A DNA stretch of 64,000 bases, taken from positions 116,686,001 to 116,750,000 of the forward strand of contig NC_087437.1 of the NCBI RefSeq assembly GCF_036321535.1. The letters run 5' to 3'. Shown in pieces: positions 50,395 through 61,292 of this stretch (its first letter is position 1; each line of letters starts with the position of its first letter). Made by a program: the position numbers and the translations under genes. Below the pieces are notes generated by a model, which was not told the DNA's origin, did not search any database, and worked only from the letters and a program-made list of their open reading frames with translations. This stretch comes from Camelus dromedarius (Eukaryota).

Positions 50395-50800
50395 GGAATC
50401 AGTTTCCTGGGATAACTGCAACACAGTCCACAGATTGGGTGGGTTAAATAACGTAAAATTGTTATCTCTCAGTTTTGGAAGCTGGAAGTCCAAAATCAAG
50501 GTGTAGGCAGTTCTGGTTTTTTCTGAGGCGGTGAGGGAGCCTGTGGCCCAGGCCTCTCTCCTTGCCTTATAAATGTCTGTCTTCCCCCTGCCCCAGTCTC
50601 TTCAGAGTGTCCTCCCTCTGTGTCAGTGTCCCAATTGCCCCTTTACAAGGACATAGTCATAATAGACTAGAGCCCACTCAAATGACCCATTTTAACTCAG
50701 TTACATTCACAGAGACTATCTGCAAAAAAGGTCACATAATGAGCGATGGAGGTTAAGACTCCGATATTTGAATACTGGGAGAACATAGTTCAACGCACAA
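50395..50800 (-). mobile_element. MaLR solo LTR (MLT1A-C-like)
   Basis: CAGTTTTGGAAGCTGGAAGTCCAAAATCAAGGTG...AAGGACATAGTCAT...AAGGTCACAT. Confidence 0.75.
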
Positions 50801-50874
50801 CCACTCTTAGCACTAAATGAGTTAAAATCAGCAGAAGTGGACCCTGAGAACACCAGTCATAAAAGTGAAGTTGG

Positions 50875-50990
50875 TGGAGGAAGGGCATAGTTCAGTGGTA
50901 AAGCACATGCTTAGCATGCACAGTGTCCCAGGTTCAATCCCCAGCACCTCCACTGAAACAAACAAACAAACAAATAAACAAACAAACAAA
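50875..50990 (+). mobile_element. tRNA-derived SINE (Vic-1-like) with (CAAA)n tail
   Basis: GGGCATAGTTCAGTGGTAAAGCACATGCTTAGCATGC...GGTTCAATCCCCAGCACC; degenerate TSD AAAAGTGAAGTTGG / AAAACTGAGCTTGG. Confidence 0.85.
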
Positions 50991-51059
50991 ACTGAGCTTG
51001 GATCAGTTGTGCATGTGCACTACAAACTCAAGGGCAACGGCAAAAGATTTATTTTTAAA

Positions 51060-51633
51060 GTATGGTTGATGTGCTAGGAGAAAAGATAAAATAGAAATAT
51101 TTATATTGCTTACCTAAAACTATAGAAAGCAGAAAACAAGCCAAAGATAAACAAACAAACAAAAAAACCAAACAGAAGAAGAGCAGCAAAAAGAAAACAG
51201 TATAAATATGGTAGCTATTAATCCAAATATATCAATAATCATTTTAAATGTCAATGATCTAAATACATGAATGAAAAGAGAGACTGAGTGGATAAAAAAA
51301 CAAGACCGAGCAATGGGTTGTCTACAAAAAAAAACACCTTCACCTAAAGACACAGATGGAATAAGAGTACGAGGAAGGTGGGGGTGCACACATGGCAGTA
51401 GGCGCTTGTCAAAACCCACGGAATGTACAACACGAAGTGTGAGCCCCAATATGAAGTACAGGCTGGGCTATACAGAGCTGGAGCGTCCGCTGCAAGAACC
51501 GCACCACACGTAGCACGCCAACAGCGCAGGATGCGTCGTGGCGAGGGGCGAGGGGGCACACGCGAGCCCTCTGCACTTCTTACTCAGCTTTTCTTTAAAC
51601 CTAAAATTGCTCTTAAAATAGTAAAATGTAAAT
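51060..51633 (+). mobile_element. Old LINE-1 fragments (ORF2 start region joined to a 3' end)
   Basis: ATATCAATAATCATTTTAAATGTCAATG...GAGTGGATAAAAAAACAAGACC (endonuclease start); TGTCAAAACCCACGGAATGTACAACAC...AAACCTAAAATTGCTCTTAAAA (3'UTR). Confidence 0.7.
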
Positions 51634-52721
51634 AAGAAGGACAAGGAAGCTATTCTCACATTAGGTCACAGCTGCCTCCTCCTCTTACCACCAAGCCTCT
51701 GTCCTCTCCCTCTGTGGGGTCCCTGCAGCCTGAGCCTTGGCACCCAGAGGACCACCCCTGACACTGGCCTCAGCTGACTGCTATCTCCCTTCCCTCTTGG
51801 ATAAGGGACTGGGGGCCAGTAGGTCATGGCAGACACCCGGGGATAGACAAGGAGGTTCTGAGCCTGGGTCTGCCAGAGAGACGTTAGGAGTGAGAGATGT
51901 GGTTTAACAAAATGAAAGATGGAACCCTGAGGCAGCAGAGTATTGGTCCCCATCCCAGGGCCCACCTCTGGGTGGGGGGTGCTAATTGATTGGAGACCCG
52001 CTCAGGGGCCACCTGGGGAGGTATGAGCCACACAGGAGGGAAGGAGCCCAGGTCACTGAATCACCCCGAGCAGAGACAGCCCCTTACAGGGACACTTGGA
52101 TTGAACACGGCTGCACAAAATCCAAGAATTACAAGACCCAGCCAGTTCCAGTGTAGTCTCCTGAGTTGTGAGGATGGATTCCTGGTCCCAGTTACACGTT
52201 TGGGGTCACCCTTCAGTCCAGACCCCTGTCTTCCCACAGTGACCACGCGTAAGAGGAGCAGGAGCCTCAGAGGAGGGGGATCCCCGGGACCTCTGGGGCA
52301 GGACCAGCTGTCTCTGCAGCAGAGGGAACCTTTAACTCAGGAGCCTGGCTCTCACCAGGACAGGGCCCCACCACCCTGCCCTGACCTCCTCTTAGGCACA
52401 GAACGGGACCGGCCTGGCCCTGCTTTGACCCCCTAGGTCTGCTGTGGGGCCAGGCGGGCCTCGAGTGGCCCAGCTCCAGGCTGTGCTCAGCCCTCCCCCT
52501 CCCCCAGGGCCTGGGTAAGTGAGGTCGCTTTCCACTGCCAGCGACGTTAGGGACAACTGCGGACCAGGACCTGGCTGGCCTCCCCTCCCCCGGCCCAGCT
52601 GCCCGCCCTGGCGGGCAGGCGCTTGCTTACCTTGGAGACGGAACACCGCAGGGTTCTGAGCGGGCAGTTGGGCCCACAGGACGCTGGTCCTCAGAGGCAG
52701 AGCTGCGGAGGCCTCGCCGCC

Positions 52722-54236
52722 ATGGAGGTCCTGCAGGCTGCCCGCGGGGCCACTTTCCAGCTGATCCTGGAGCCCCTGTGGGGCGCTCTGCTGCTTGTTT
52801 ACGAAAGCCTGACACACGTCCCGGGTCTGCCTGTGCTTCGCTGGGAGAGCCTGGTGTGTGCTGGGGTGCTGGTCCTGGCAGGAAGTGGACGGTACGCTTT
52901 AAGAAGGGGGAGGTCGCTTGGAAAAACGCCTTCAGCCCGAGACGAAGTCTGTGGAAAATGTGAAGAGACTACGGGCCCGACGACTCAGGCCCACGAAGCC
53001 CTCAAGCCACCTGGGCCTGAGGCCAGTCCTCCCTTGTTAAAAGTCTTATGCTTTTGGGCCTTGAAAGAAAACCTGAGAAGGACATTGTTTGAGGGCACTG
53101 TTGCCTTTATAGAAAAGGCACTGAAGAGCCAGCCTCCTCAACTCTCCCGAGTCGCTGACGGAAAACACACCTTAAAGCCATCAGAGGAGAATGGAGAACG
53201 AGCTCAGAAGACAGAAAAGAATGATCTGAATAAGACGATTGGTTTTCCAGAGAGTCCAGAGCGGTTTCACCCAGAAATTGGAAGAAGGGAGCGACAAGTC
53301 CAGGGAAAGGAGGAGCTGGGCGGGAGGCTGGAGCGGCCGAAGGCAGGAAAGGCGCAGGTCCTGCAAGACAGAATCAGCCGACTCAGATCCGTCGCGGACC
53401 ACCTGCTGAAGGCCAGCCCCTCGCCCCGCCTCCGTGGGGGCCCCGCGGGTGGCGGGCGCGCGGACATCCAGCAGAAGGAGGGGGCAGAAGATGGCCATCG
53501 CCCTGTCCACGGGGCGGAGGGCGATCTGAAGGGCGTCACTGGTGATGCTGGCCGCAGTGTGCGCCTTCCCCGTCCCCAAGAGGAACATCAGGGAACAGCC
53601 AGGCGCCTGCGGGAAGAAAAGCAGATGATCCAAGAGCTTACAGCACAAGTTACAAGTCTCCAAACAGAAGAAGCCTCTGTGAAGGGTGAGAATTCCCGGC
53701 TCGATGGTGAGATTGAGCAGCTGAAGCTGAAGCTTCAGAGTCTGCCTGACGCCTATGACGACTGTGTGACGCAGCTTCACAGAGAGTTGTCCCAGGTGGA
53801 AGCTCGCTGCTTACAAGTTGAGAAGCAACTCACCCACGTGTGTAGAGACCTGGACTCCACACGTCAGATGCGCGACCTCTGCAAGAAGATGGCCCAAGAC
53901 GCAGGCGAGGAATTGGAGAGAACCACTTCCTATTACCTCAAGAAGATCCACTTCCAAGAGAAAAGAGCTGGGGAAGGCTGGCTGGCGGCGGTGGCCACCA
54001 AGAGAAAGCTCCAGGAGCTGCGACAGGAGAGTGACCGCAGCCGGCAGATGCTGGCCCAGGTCGAGTCCAACGTCCAGCCTCCCCCCAGGGGCCCTGGTGC
54101 TCCTGCTGCTCCGCCCGCAGCCCCCAGGGGCCCGCCAGTGTTGGGGGTGGGGGGGGGCCCTGGGCCATCAGGCCCCCGGGAAGGAGGAGGGCACCGCGGT
54201 GAGGGAGCAGGGCCCTGCGGTCACCTGCAGGTGTGA
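52722..54236 (+). CDS. Intronless cTAGE5/MIA2 (TANGO1-family)-like coiled-coil protein, 504 aa; candidate retrogene
   Basis: Uninterrupted ORF with GCCGCCATGG Kozak. WESLVCAGVLV resembles cTAGE5 WELVICAAVV. ELTAQVTSLQTEEASV...EELERTTSYY...EKRAGEGWLAA resembles cTAGE5 CC2 (ELTEHIKNLQTEQASL...EELERTIHSY...EKKAHDNWLAA, recalled). Expression unknown. Confidence 0.75.
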   Translation: MEVLQAARGATFQLILEPLWGALLLVYESLTHVPGLPVLRWESLVCAGVLVLAGSGRYALRRGRSLGKTPSARDEVCGKCEETTGPTTQAHEALKPPGPEASPPLLKVLCFWALKENLRRTLFEGTVAFIEKALKSQPPQLSRVADGKHTLKPSEENGERAQKTEKNDLNKTIGFPESPERFHPEIGRRERQVQGKEELGGRLERPKAGKAQVLQDRISRLRSVADHLLKASPSPRLRGGPAGGGRADIQQKEGAEDGHRPVHGAEGDLKGVTGDAGRSVRLPRPQEEHQGTARRLREEKQMIQELTAQVTSLQTEEASVKGENSRLDGEIEQLKLKLQSLPDAYDDCVTQLHRELSQVEARCLQVEKQLTHVCRDLDSTRQMRDLCKKMAQDAGEELERTTSYYLKKIHFQEKRAGEGWLAAVATKRKLQELRQESDRSRQMLAQVESNVQPPPRGPGAPAAPPAAPRGPPVLGVGGGPGPSGPREGGGHRGEGAGPCGHLQV

Positions 54237-54657
54237 CTCAGCTCACAGCAGCCGGTCCAGACGCTCACAACCACAGCACAACGTCCGCACGTGTGCTCTC
54301 TTTTGAAAGTAATTTTGATTTTTCTCTTTATATTTAGCTACTATAACTTAATTGTTCTTTTCTAAGTAGATAAAACATAATTTATAAGATTTTCTCAAAT
54401 TTTCATTTCCATCTGCATGTATTTCTGTTGAAGGGATTTCGTTTGTTCCTTCCTTAGTTAAGCTACTATTGCTAAATTGATGCCACAATTACTCTTATTA
54501 GAATAGCATGAAAACTCTATGATAGTGTTATTTAAATGTAGACCCAATAATGTAATTCTCATGGATACATAATAAGTATTTTATTTTGATTTGAGTTGAA
54601 TGCCCACGATGACTTGAAGCATCCATTAAGTCTGACATGAATGGAAAAGTTGAACAC

Positions 54658-54663
54658 AATAAA
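54658..54663 (+). terminator. Candidate polyA signal of the cTAGE-like gene (further AATAAA at 55136-55141 and 55149-55154)
   Basis: AATAAA hexamers in the AT-rich tract 3' of the ORF. Confidence 0.4.
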
Positions 54664-57269
54664 GACCATTTCTGTATGCAATGGCTAGTTTTACAAAACT
54701 GAGGAGGTAATTTAACACTTACCTTAGTCAACTTCTGTTGATTTTAAAAAATGTAAAAACAAAAAAAAAACCAAAACAAATATGTTAACAAAATAGCACC
54801 ACGTTCAAACTAGGTAATCTTTGTTAGTGTACGCCTAAATTCACAGTTTAGTCCTAAATTCATCGGATTAGATTAATCCTAAACTCACAGATTGGAGTAC
54901 TTTAGATTTTGCAGCCATGTCTTTCTGTTTTGTAATTTTTTTTCTTAACTGTTGTTATTTTGTTAAAAAGTTTTCTCTTTTTTTACATTTCTAAAATTTA
55001 TGAAGTCAAAATTTAAAAGTGTTCTCTTGATGGCAGACACACACACGCCAACCACAGTACAGATACTCAGCCTATTCAGTTGCTTTGTGGGTAGCTGAAA
55101 ATGTAAAGTTAGAGTTTCATTTTTTTAAGTGACTAAATAAATGTTGAAAATAAAAATGGTGTTGTTTTGGTATATAATTTGTATATAGACAAAAGAGTCA
55201 TAGATCATATCGACAGAAAATGAGAGGTACCTGATGATTCAGTAAGGGTCCAACTAGAAACCCTTTATCCAAACGGTGCAGCCGAGGGCGCTGAGATGCA
55301 GGCAGTCACATGAGCTGTATCAGGGATGCGGGGGGACCGAGGAAGAGGGCTCTAAGGTGCCGGCAGTAAGGAAGCTCTTCTCACTGCTGGGTCTGGAGGA
55401 TGAGGGGCGAAGACGGCATCTGAGCTCAGCGAGGGGCCGTCAGGGGGACAGGGAAACCTTCCCCGCCTCTGTCCTGTCCCTCCTTTTACTGCTGGAGCAA
55501 AAGGCAGCCACCCAGGGGGCCCGGGGAGGGCAGGCAGGAGTCAGCCTCCGGTGCAGAGCAGCCCAGAAAAGGCGCATAGAACCTGGAGAACGACCAGCAC
55601 ACTTGACTCTATTTGATCCAATGTGTGTGTGTGTCTATTGCCTTCATTCACATCCACTTATTTAGTATGTTTGGAGTGTCTGTGACCTTTGACAACGTAT
55701 AGGTGTTGGAATGATGGAAAAAGGCAGCCAAGTGAGGCCTGTGGCCCGCTCCCCATGGACCCGGGGAGGGACGAGTTCAGAGAATAAAGAAAAAGAGACA
55801 AAGGATGGCAATCTCTGCTCTGCAGACAGCTCCAGTGGGTGACGCGCAACGTGCGAAACCAAGAGGTGGTATTTATGCTGAGATTTTAAAAGGGAAGAGG
55901 AGTTGGCCTGGGAAAGTCAGGGGGCAGAATATTCCAGGCAGAGAGGACAGGAGTATAGAGACCTGAGAACTGGGTTTCTGGGCAGGGAAATGGGGCAAAG
56001 AGGACGGGGAGGGGGAGAGGGGGCGGGGAGCAGGCCCGCTGCACAGACATCTCTCTAGCGCAGGGTAGGGACACCAGGGGAGGGTGCAGACCTGGGGGAG
56101 AGGGCTGGAGGCCGAGGACACGGAGTGATGTGTATCCTACACAGGTCTCTGTGGGCGGGGAGAGAGCGGAAGGTGGGGTGGGGGGAGGGGGGAGTTTGGA
56201 GGAAGGGGGCTCACAGGGGTCTGTGTGGAGCACTGGGGGCTGCGCCGGGGGGTTGTCACAAAGACTGAGGAGGAGGACAGATGGGGCTGCGTTTTGTTGG
56301 TTGAGGGTCAGAGGGGAGGAATGAAGAACAACTCAGACTTTTTCTAAGAATGCCATGTATGTTTGCTCTACAAGCAACTGAGTAAAACTTCTGCATGAGA
56401 ATCCTAAAAAAAAACTCAGCAAGATGACACCCCGTGAAAGCCTGCGTCTCTGGGGCACAGAGGGTTGAGCAGGCGAGCACTTGGGCTCCCCGGGTGTCTG
56501 CCATCCCTGACGGCCCTCGGGATCAGTGGTCTCACCCCCTGGGGGTCCCACCACAGGGACTCCTAGGGCAGGTACGGGAGGGGCTGGAGGGGAGGGGGAG
56601 GATTCCCAAGTGTGAGGCGCTGGCTACCCGAGTGGAGCTGTCAGGACGCTACTCGTGGGGAGACCAAGGTGAACCCTAGGTTTCCTCCAGCAGGGTGTGC
56701 GGGCTGTGGAGAGACGGACTCAGGGCCCAGGAGTGCTGGTGAAGGAGGCCTACACACTCACTGTTGGCTCTGCACCGGCGCCCAGACTGCCTGCAGCAAC
56801 CTCGGGTGAGGTGGGAGGTCAGGGAGGGCTCCCTGGGGGAGGTGGCCCTGAGCTGAGTACTGAAGCACCAGCAGGAGTTCTCTACAGGGCTTTCCACACT
56901 TGGAGGGGCCTGTGAATCCCTTGGAGATCTTGTCACAAAGCAGATTCTGATTCATCAGGTGTTGGGTCCTCCTGAGTCCTGCACTGCTCACTGGTAATGC
57001 TGAAGTTGGGTAGAGAAGTGGATGAGCAAAGATCTTTAGGTGACGGTGGGGAAGGAGTGTGGGAGAAAAGAAAGGGGGCCATGGCATTTCTGGCTTGAGC
57101 CCAGGCACAGACCAGAAGGCATGGACAACCTGGCCGATCTGATCTATAACTTAGACAGGTGCACTGTCCCCTGAGGACACACCTCGTTTCAGAAGAGCAC
57201 GATGAACTTCCAATCGGCAGTTGCCCTTGAGGGAGCCATGCGTGGACAACCCTCTTAGACCTCCACAAT

Positions 57270-57620
57270 CCCCTGTGTCAGGAGGTAACCCATGTCCGTT
57301 CTCTTGCTCAGTCCAGACACCTGAGGACCCCTTCTGACCTGATCCTAGTTCCTCACCCACTACGTCCACTCCATCACTGAGTCCATAGAAGATTCTTCCA
57401 AACTCCCTGTGTTTTCCCTCAGTCTCAGCCACCATCCTCCAGTGCAAACCACCCCTCTGCCTTAGATCACTGTCACTCCTGTGACCGTCCATCCTACTTG
57501 GGCCCCACGTCTCCATACTTCTTCCCTTGTGTCTCCTCCCAGCAGCCGGAGTCATCCCTTTATCCCACGACCTGAGCATGGCCAGAATGAAGCCAGACCT
57601 TGGCACGCGTGGGATGAAGG
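57270..57620 (+). mobile_element. LINE-2 fragment
   Basis: CT-rich L2-like text (CAGCCACCATCCTCCAG...TAGATCACTG...CAGCAGCCGGAGTCATC). Confidence 0.45.
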
Positions 57621-58544
57621 TGCAGCCGACCCCTGACCTTGGTCCCCCTTCTCCTGGCCCTGGGTCATGTACAGCAAGGAAGAGCAGCGCCCACTGCAGC
57701 CTGGATAATTCCAGGGGTGCTTAATTTATGCCTGCATGTAACTGACAGCTGCCCTCTTCACTCATAAAATTGTTCCAGTTACGACAATAGTTATATGGCC
57801 ACAAAATGAATGGCTCACTTGAGTTCAAACCTTTCAAAAGGAACTGCCACATTTTCTCAAAATATATAAGCTCATGCGAAATGTGATCAAATGATTTAAA
57901 TTTAAATCTGAATGCAGCCAATGGAGTCAAAAAAGCACCACTTTTTTTTGCCAACTTAACCAATAGGGCAACACCATATTTTTAGTTAAGATGATTCTGC
58001 AGTCTTAACTTCCTAATTAAAAGCTATTCTAGTTTGGAAAAGGTCTCAACAAAAGCCAGGTAACGTGTCAGGTAAACACAACACCAAGTACACTAGGGTT
58101 GCAGTTAAGGCCCCTCCAGTTTACTGTCGATTCAGGAGACTGTTCTTGAAAACCCTTTCACAAGCGCCCATTCTAATGCAAAGTTCATGTGATGCAAGAG
58201 TCACGGGAATTATAGACAAACGATTCACCTGTTGGACTCAGACTCAATAGCATTTTGTGGTGAAGTTAGATCTTGAGTCTCAAGGTAAAAAAGTGCTCGT
58301 AGGAAGACAAGGCGGCAGTAACTCCCACCCGGGGCCCCTCGCGGGGAGTTGCTGTCCCGTGAGGGGCCAGGACACCTGTATTTATTCCAAGATCCTCTCA
58401 CGATTCTGATGCGCAGCAGAGACGGGGAGTCACTGCAGTGGGGACTCGACTCTAATGTGTTGAAAAGTTGTGCGTCTTCCTCTGAGTCACAACTCGGGTC
58501 CCCCCACTCAATTCTCAGGGCCCATGACACTAAGGTTACGATTT

Positions 58545-59350
58545 TAATAATGAATAAGCTTTAATTTTAGAGCACTTTGGGTGCATAGCAAAACTGAGTA
58601 GAAAGTGCATAGAGTCCCCTTACATCCCCTGTCCCTACACACTCAAAACCTCCCTGTCACCACCCCCCACCAGAGAGGTACATTTGAACCTGCAATGACC
58701 CTTTCCCGTCCCCAAGACACTGGGGCTCACTCTTGGTGCTGGACATTCTGTGAGCTTTGACAAACACCATAATGACATGTGTCCATCTTGACAGTGTCAT
58801 ACAGAGTATTTCTGGTGTCCTAAAAATCTGTGTTCGGCCTGTTCACCCCCACCTCAAATGCTGGCAACCTTGACCTTTTCACTGTTTCCTTAGTTTTGTC
58901 TTTTCCAGGATGCCATGTAACTGGATTCATATAGGGTGTAACTTTTTTAGTCTGACTTTTTCACTCAGTAGTATGTTTTTAATTTTCCTCCATATCTTTT
59001 CATGGCTTCCTAGCTCATTTCTTTTTCAGTGCTGAGTAATATTCCATTGGATTCACCTGGAATGTTTAACCCTCAGAGTTGCCCCTACTCAGCCACCAGT
59101 GATTCATCCATCAGGTTTTCCTACCCCAGTGTTGGTTTCCAGGGAGATTTCTGCTCCTGAGAGTCTACGCTGGTTAAGTAGTGACTCTCTGTGCCTGCCT
59201 GCCTGTCTCTCCAATTTTGGGAGCAGCAATTTTCCCTGTGACCTCATTACTCTGACATATTTAAGAAGAGTTGTAATTTTTCATTTTGTTCATCTTTTCA
59301 CTTGTTCTCAGGGCAGAGTGATGATTTCCAAGCCCCTCACACACAGTTCA
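58545..59350 (-). mobile_element. Old LINE-1 (L1MC-type) fragments
   Basis: TTTTAGAGCACTTT...GCAAAACTGAGTAGAAAGT...GGGCTCACTCTTGGTG...TTTGACAAA...CATGGCTT...AGCTCATTTC. Confidence 0.7.
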
Positions 59351-59691
59351 TGGTATTTTCATTTCCACTCTCTCTCCTCCTGCGTTGCTGATCTGTGGGG
59401 CACCCACCTCAGCTGGGTGCCCGCTCCTCCAGCTTCCTTTGGGTTCAGTAATGGGGAGCCCAGCAGGGGACTGGAGGGAAGTGGGAAGATGAGGCTAGGT
59501 CACTGGATCTCTTGCTGCATTTGACCAGGTGGCCATGAGCTGGCTCTGTCCACGGGCTGAGAAACACTCTGCTCTTAAGGGGCTGACTCTACACGACTCT
59601 TCCTCGGGGTTACACCAACAGCTCTTCCCTCGGTTCCCTCTGGCCCAGGGCGCTGACTTGCCCACAGCAGGCAGCCCAGGTGATGCCGCGG

Positions 59692-60147
59692 CTAGCTTAG
59701 TGCAGCTGCTGTAACACATCACCACAAACTGGGAGGCTTAGAGAACTTGTTCCTTACACATCCGGAGGTCAAAAGCTCAAAATCAGTCTCACTGGGCTAA
59801 AGTCAGGGTGTTGGCAGGGCTGGATCCTTCTGGAGGCTCCTACACTCCTTGGCTTGTGGCCCCTTTCTTCATCGTCAAATCCAGCAGCATGTGATCTTCC
59901 CATCTCTCTCCGGCTCACTGATCTCTGCATTTGTCATCACAGCATCACTGACCCTCCTGCCTCCCTCTTACAGGGACCCTTGTGGTCACATTTAGAACCA
60001 CCTGAATAGCTCAGGAAAATCTCCCCATTTCAAGATCCTTCGCACATCTGCAAAGTCCCTTTTGCCATATGTCAGGTAACCTACGCACAGGTTTGGGGGT
60101 TAGGAAGTGGGTGTTGTTACGGGGGCCATTACTCAGCCCGCCCCACA
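59692..60147 (-). mobile_element. MaLR solo LTR (MLT1D/E-like)
   Basis: GCTGCTGTAACACATCACCACAAACT...CATCTGCAAAGTCCCTTTTGCCAT...GGGGGCCATTACTCAG. Confidence 0.8.
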
Positions 60148-60645
60148 GATGCCTTATGCCCTGCAGTCCTGCTCCACCCATACCTGTTTGAACAGCACCT
60201 TCATCTATGAACTGTCCTCAGAGTAACCTATTTCCAGCATCACCTGTTTCCCTGACAGCACTGTCCATGGCTCCTGTATCAGAAATGTGTGGAAAAGATT
60301 ACCTCACTAAGCATTTAACAGACATTTTCTCAAGAACATGAATAGATCACAGTTTATGGAAAAGTCAGATTTATGCAAAAATGCAAATGGATATTGGCAG
60401 TGTTCTGTAAACTGAAGATTTCGGACAAGACAATAAAACGAAGACAATGTCTACATAAACTAACCTACTTTTGAATAACTCTCGTCTAGATTTTCATATA
60501 ATGCTGCTTTCATTATTGTGAGATGGAACCAGCTATATTTTTTAGCAAGGACCATATTCCAGTCAAAAAAGTGTCTCCCAGGACTCAGTGGCTGCTCTTG
60601 GCTGTGCAACCTATGTGCTTTGTTCCCAACTTCACACACAGTGCA

Positions 60646-61229
60646 CGTGGGGGCAGAATAATGACCCTTCCCAAGGTGCCCATGCCCTAATCCTAAGAAC
60701 TTGTGAATTCGTTGTGTTACATGGCAAACACACTCTGCCAATGTCCTGGGTTATCTGGGTGGACCCCGTCTAGTCACATGAGCCCTTGAAAGTAGAGGAC
60801 TTTCTCTGACTAAAAGCAGAAGAGAGATGAAGCAGATGGTGAGTCAGAGAGATTCGAAGAATGAGGAGGAGTCATATGCTTTTCCTGTCTCAGAGATGCA
60901 GGGACCATGTCCAAGGAGCAGAGAGAGGCCTCTAGGAGCTCAGGGCGGTCCCCAGCTGACAGCCACAAGGAAATGGGACCTCAGTCCTACAACCGCAGGG
61001 AACTGGATTCTGCTAAAGATCTGAATGAAGTTGGAACCAGCTTTTCCCTGGAGCCTCCCAATGGGAGCCCAGCTGATCGTCTTGCTTTCAGCTCTGTGAA
61101 CTGACACAGAGAAACCAGGTGAGCAAACTCAGACTCCCAACATACAGATCCTTGAGATGTTAAAGAAATATTTGTTTAACCTCCTAACTTTGTGAGAATT
61201 TGTTATGACAGCAATAAAAAGCTAATATA
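60646..61229 (+). mobile_element. MaLR solo LTR (MLT1E-like)
   Basis: GGCAGAATAATGACCC...GACAGCCACAAGGAAATGGGACCTCAGTCCTACAACC...TTTGTTATGACAGCAATA...CTAATA. Confidence 0.8.
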
Positions 61230-61292
61230 ATGCAATTTTAGTAAGAACAGGATACATGTTGTAAAATATTACTCTTTAGAAGATGCATCATT

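Noticed and set aside
52623..52721. 33-codon N-terminal extension in the ORF track (537 aa)
   Set aside because: It begins at TTG; the ATG at 52722 has a perfect Kozak context and corresponds to the cTAGE5 start region.
55900..56260. G-rich tract with G-quadruplex potential
   Set aside because: Appears to lie in decayed L2-like or low-complexity sequence with no other sign of function.
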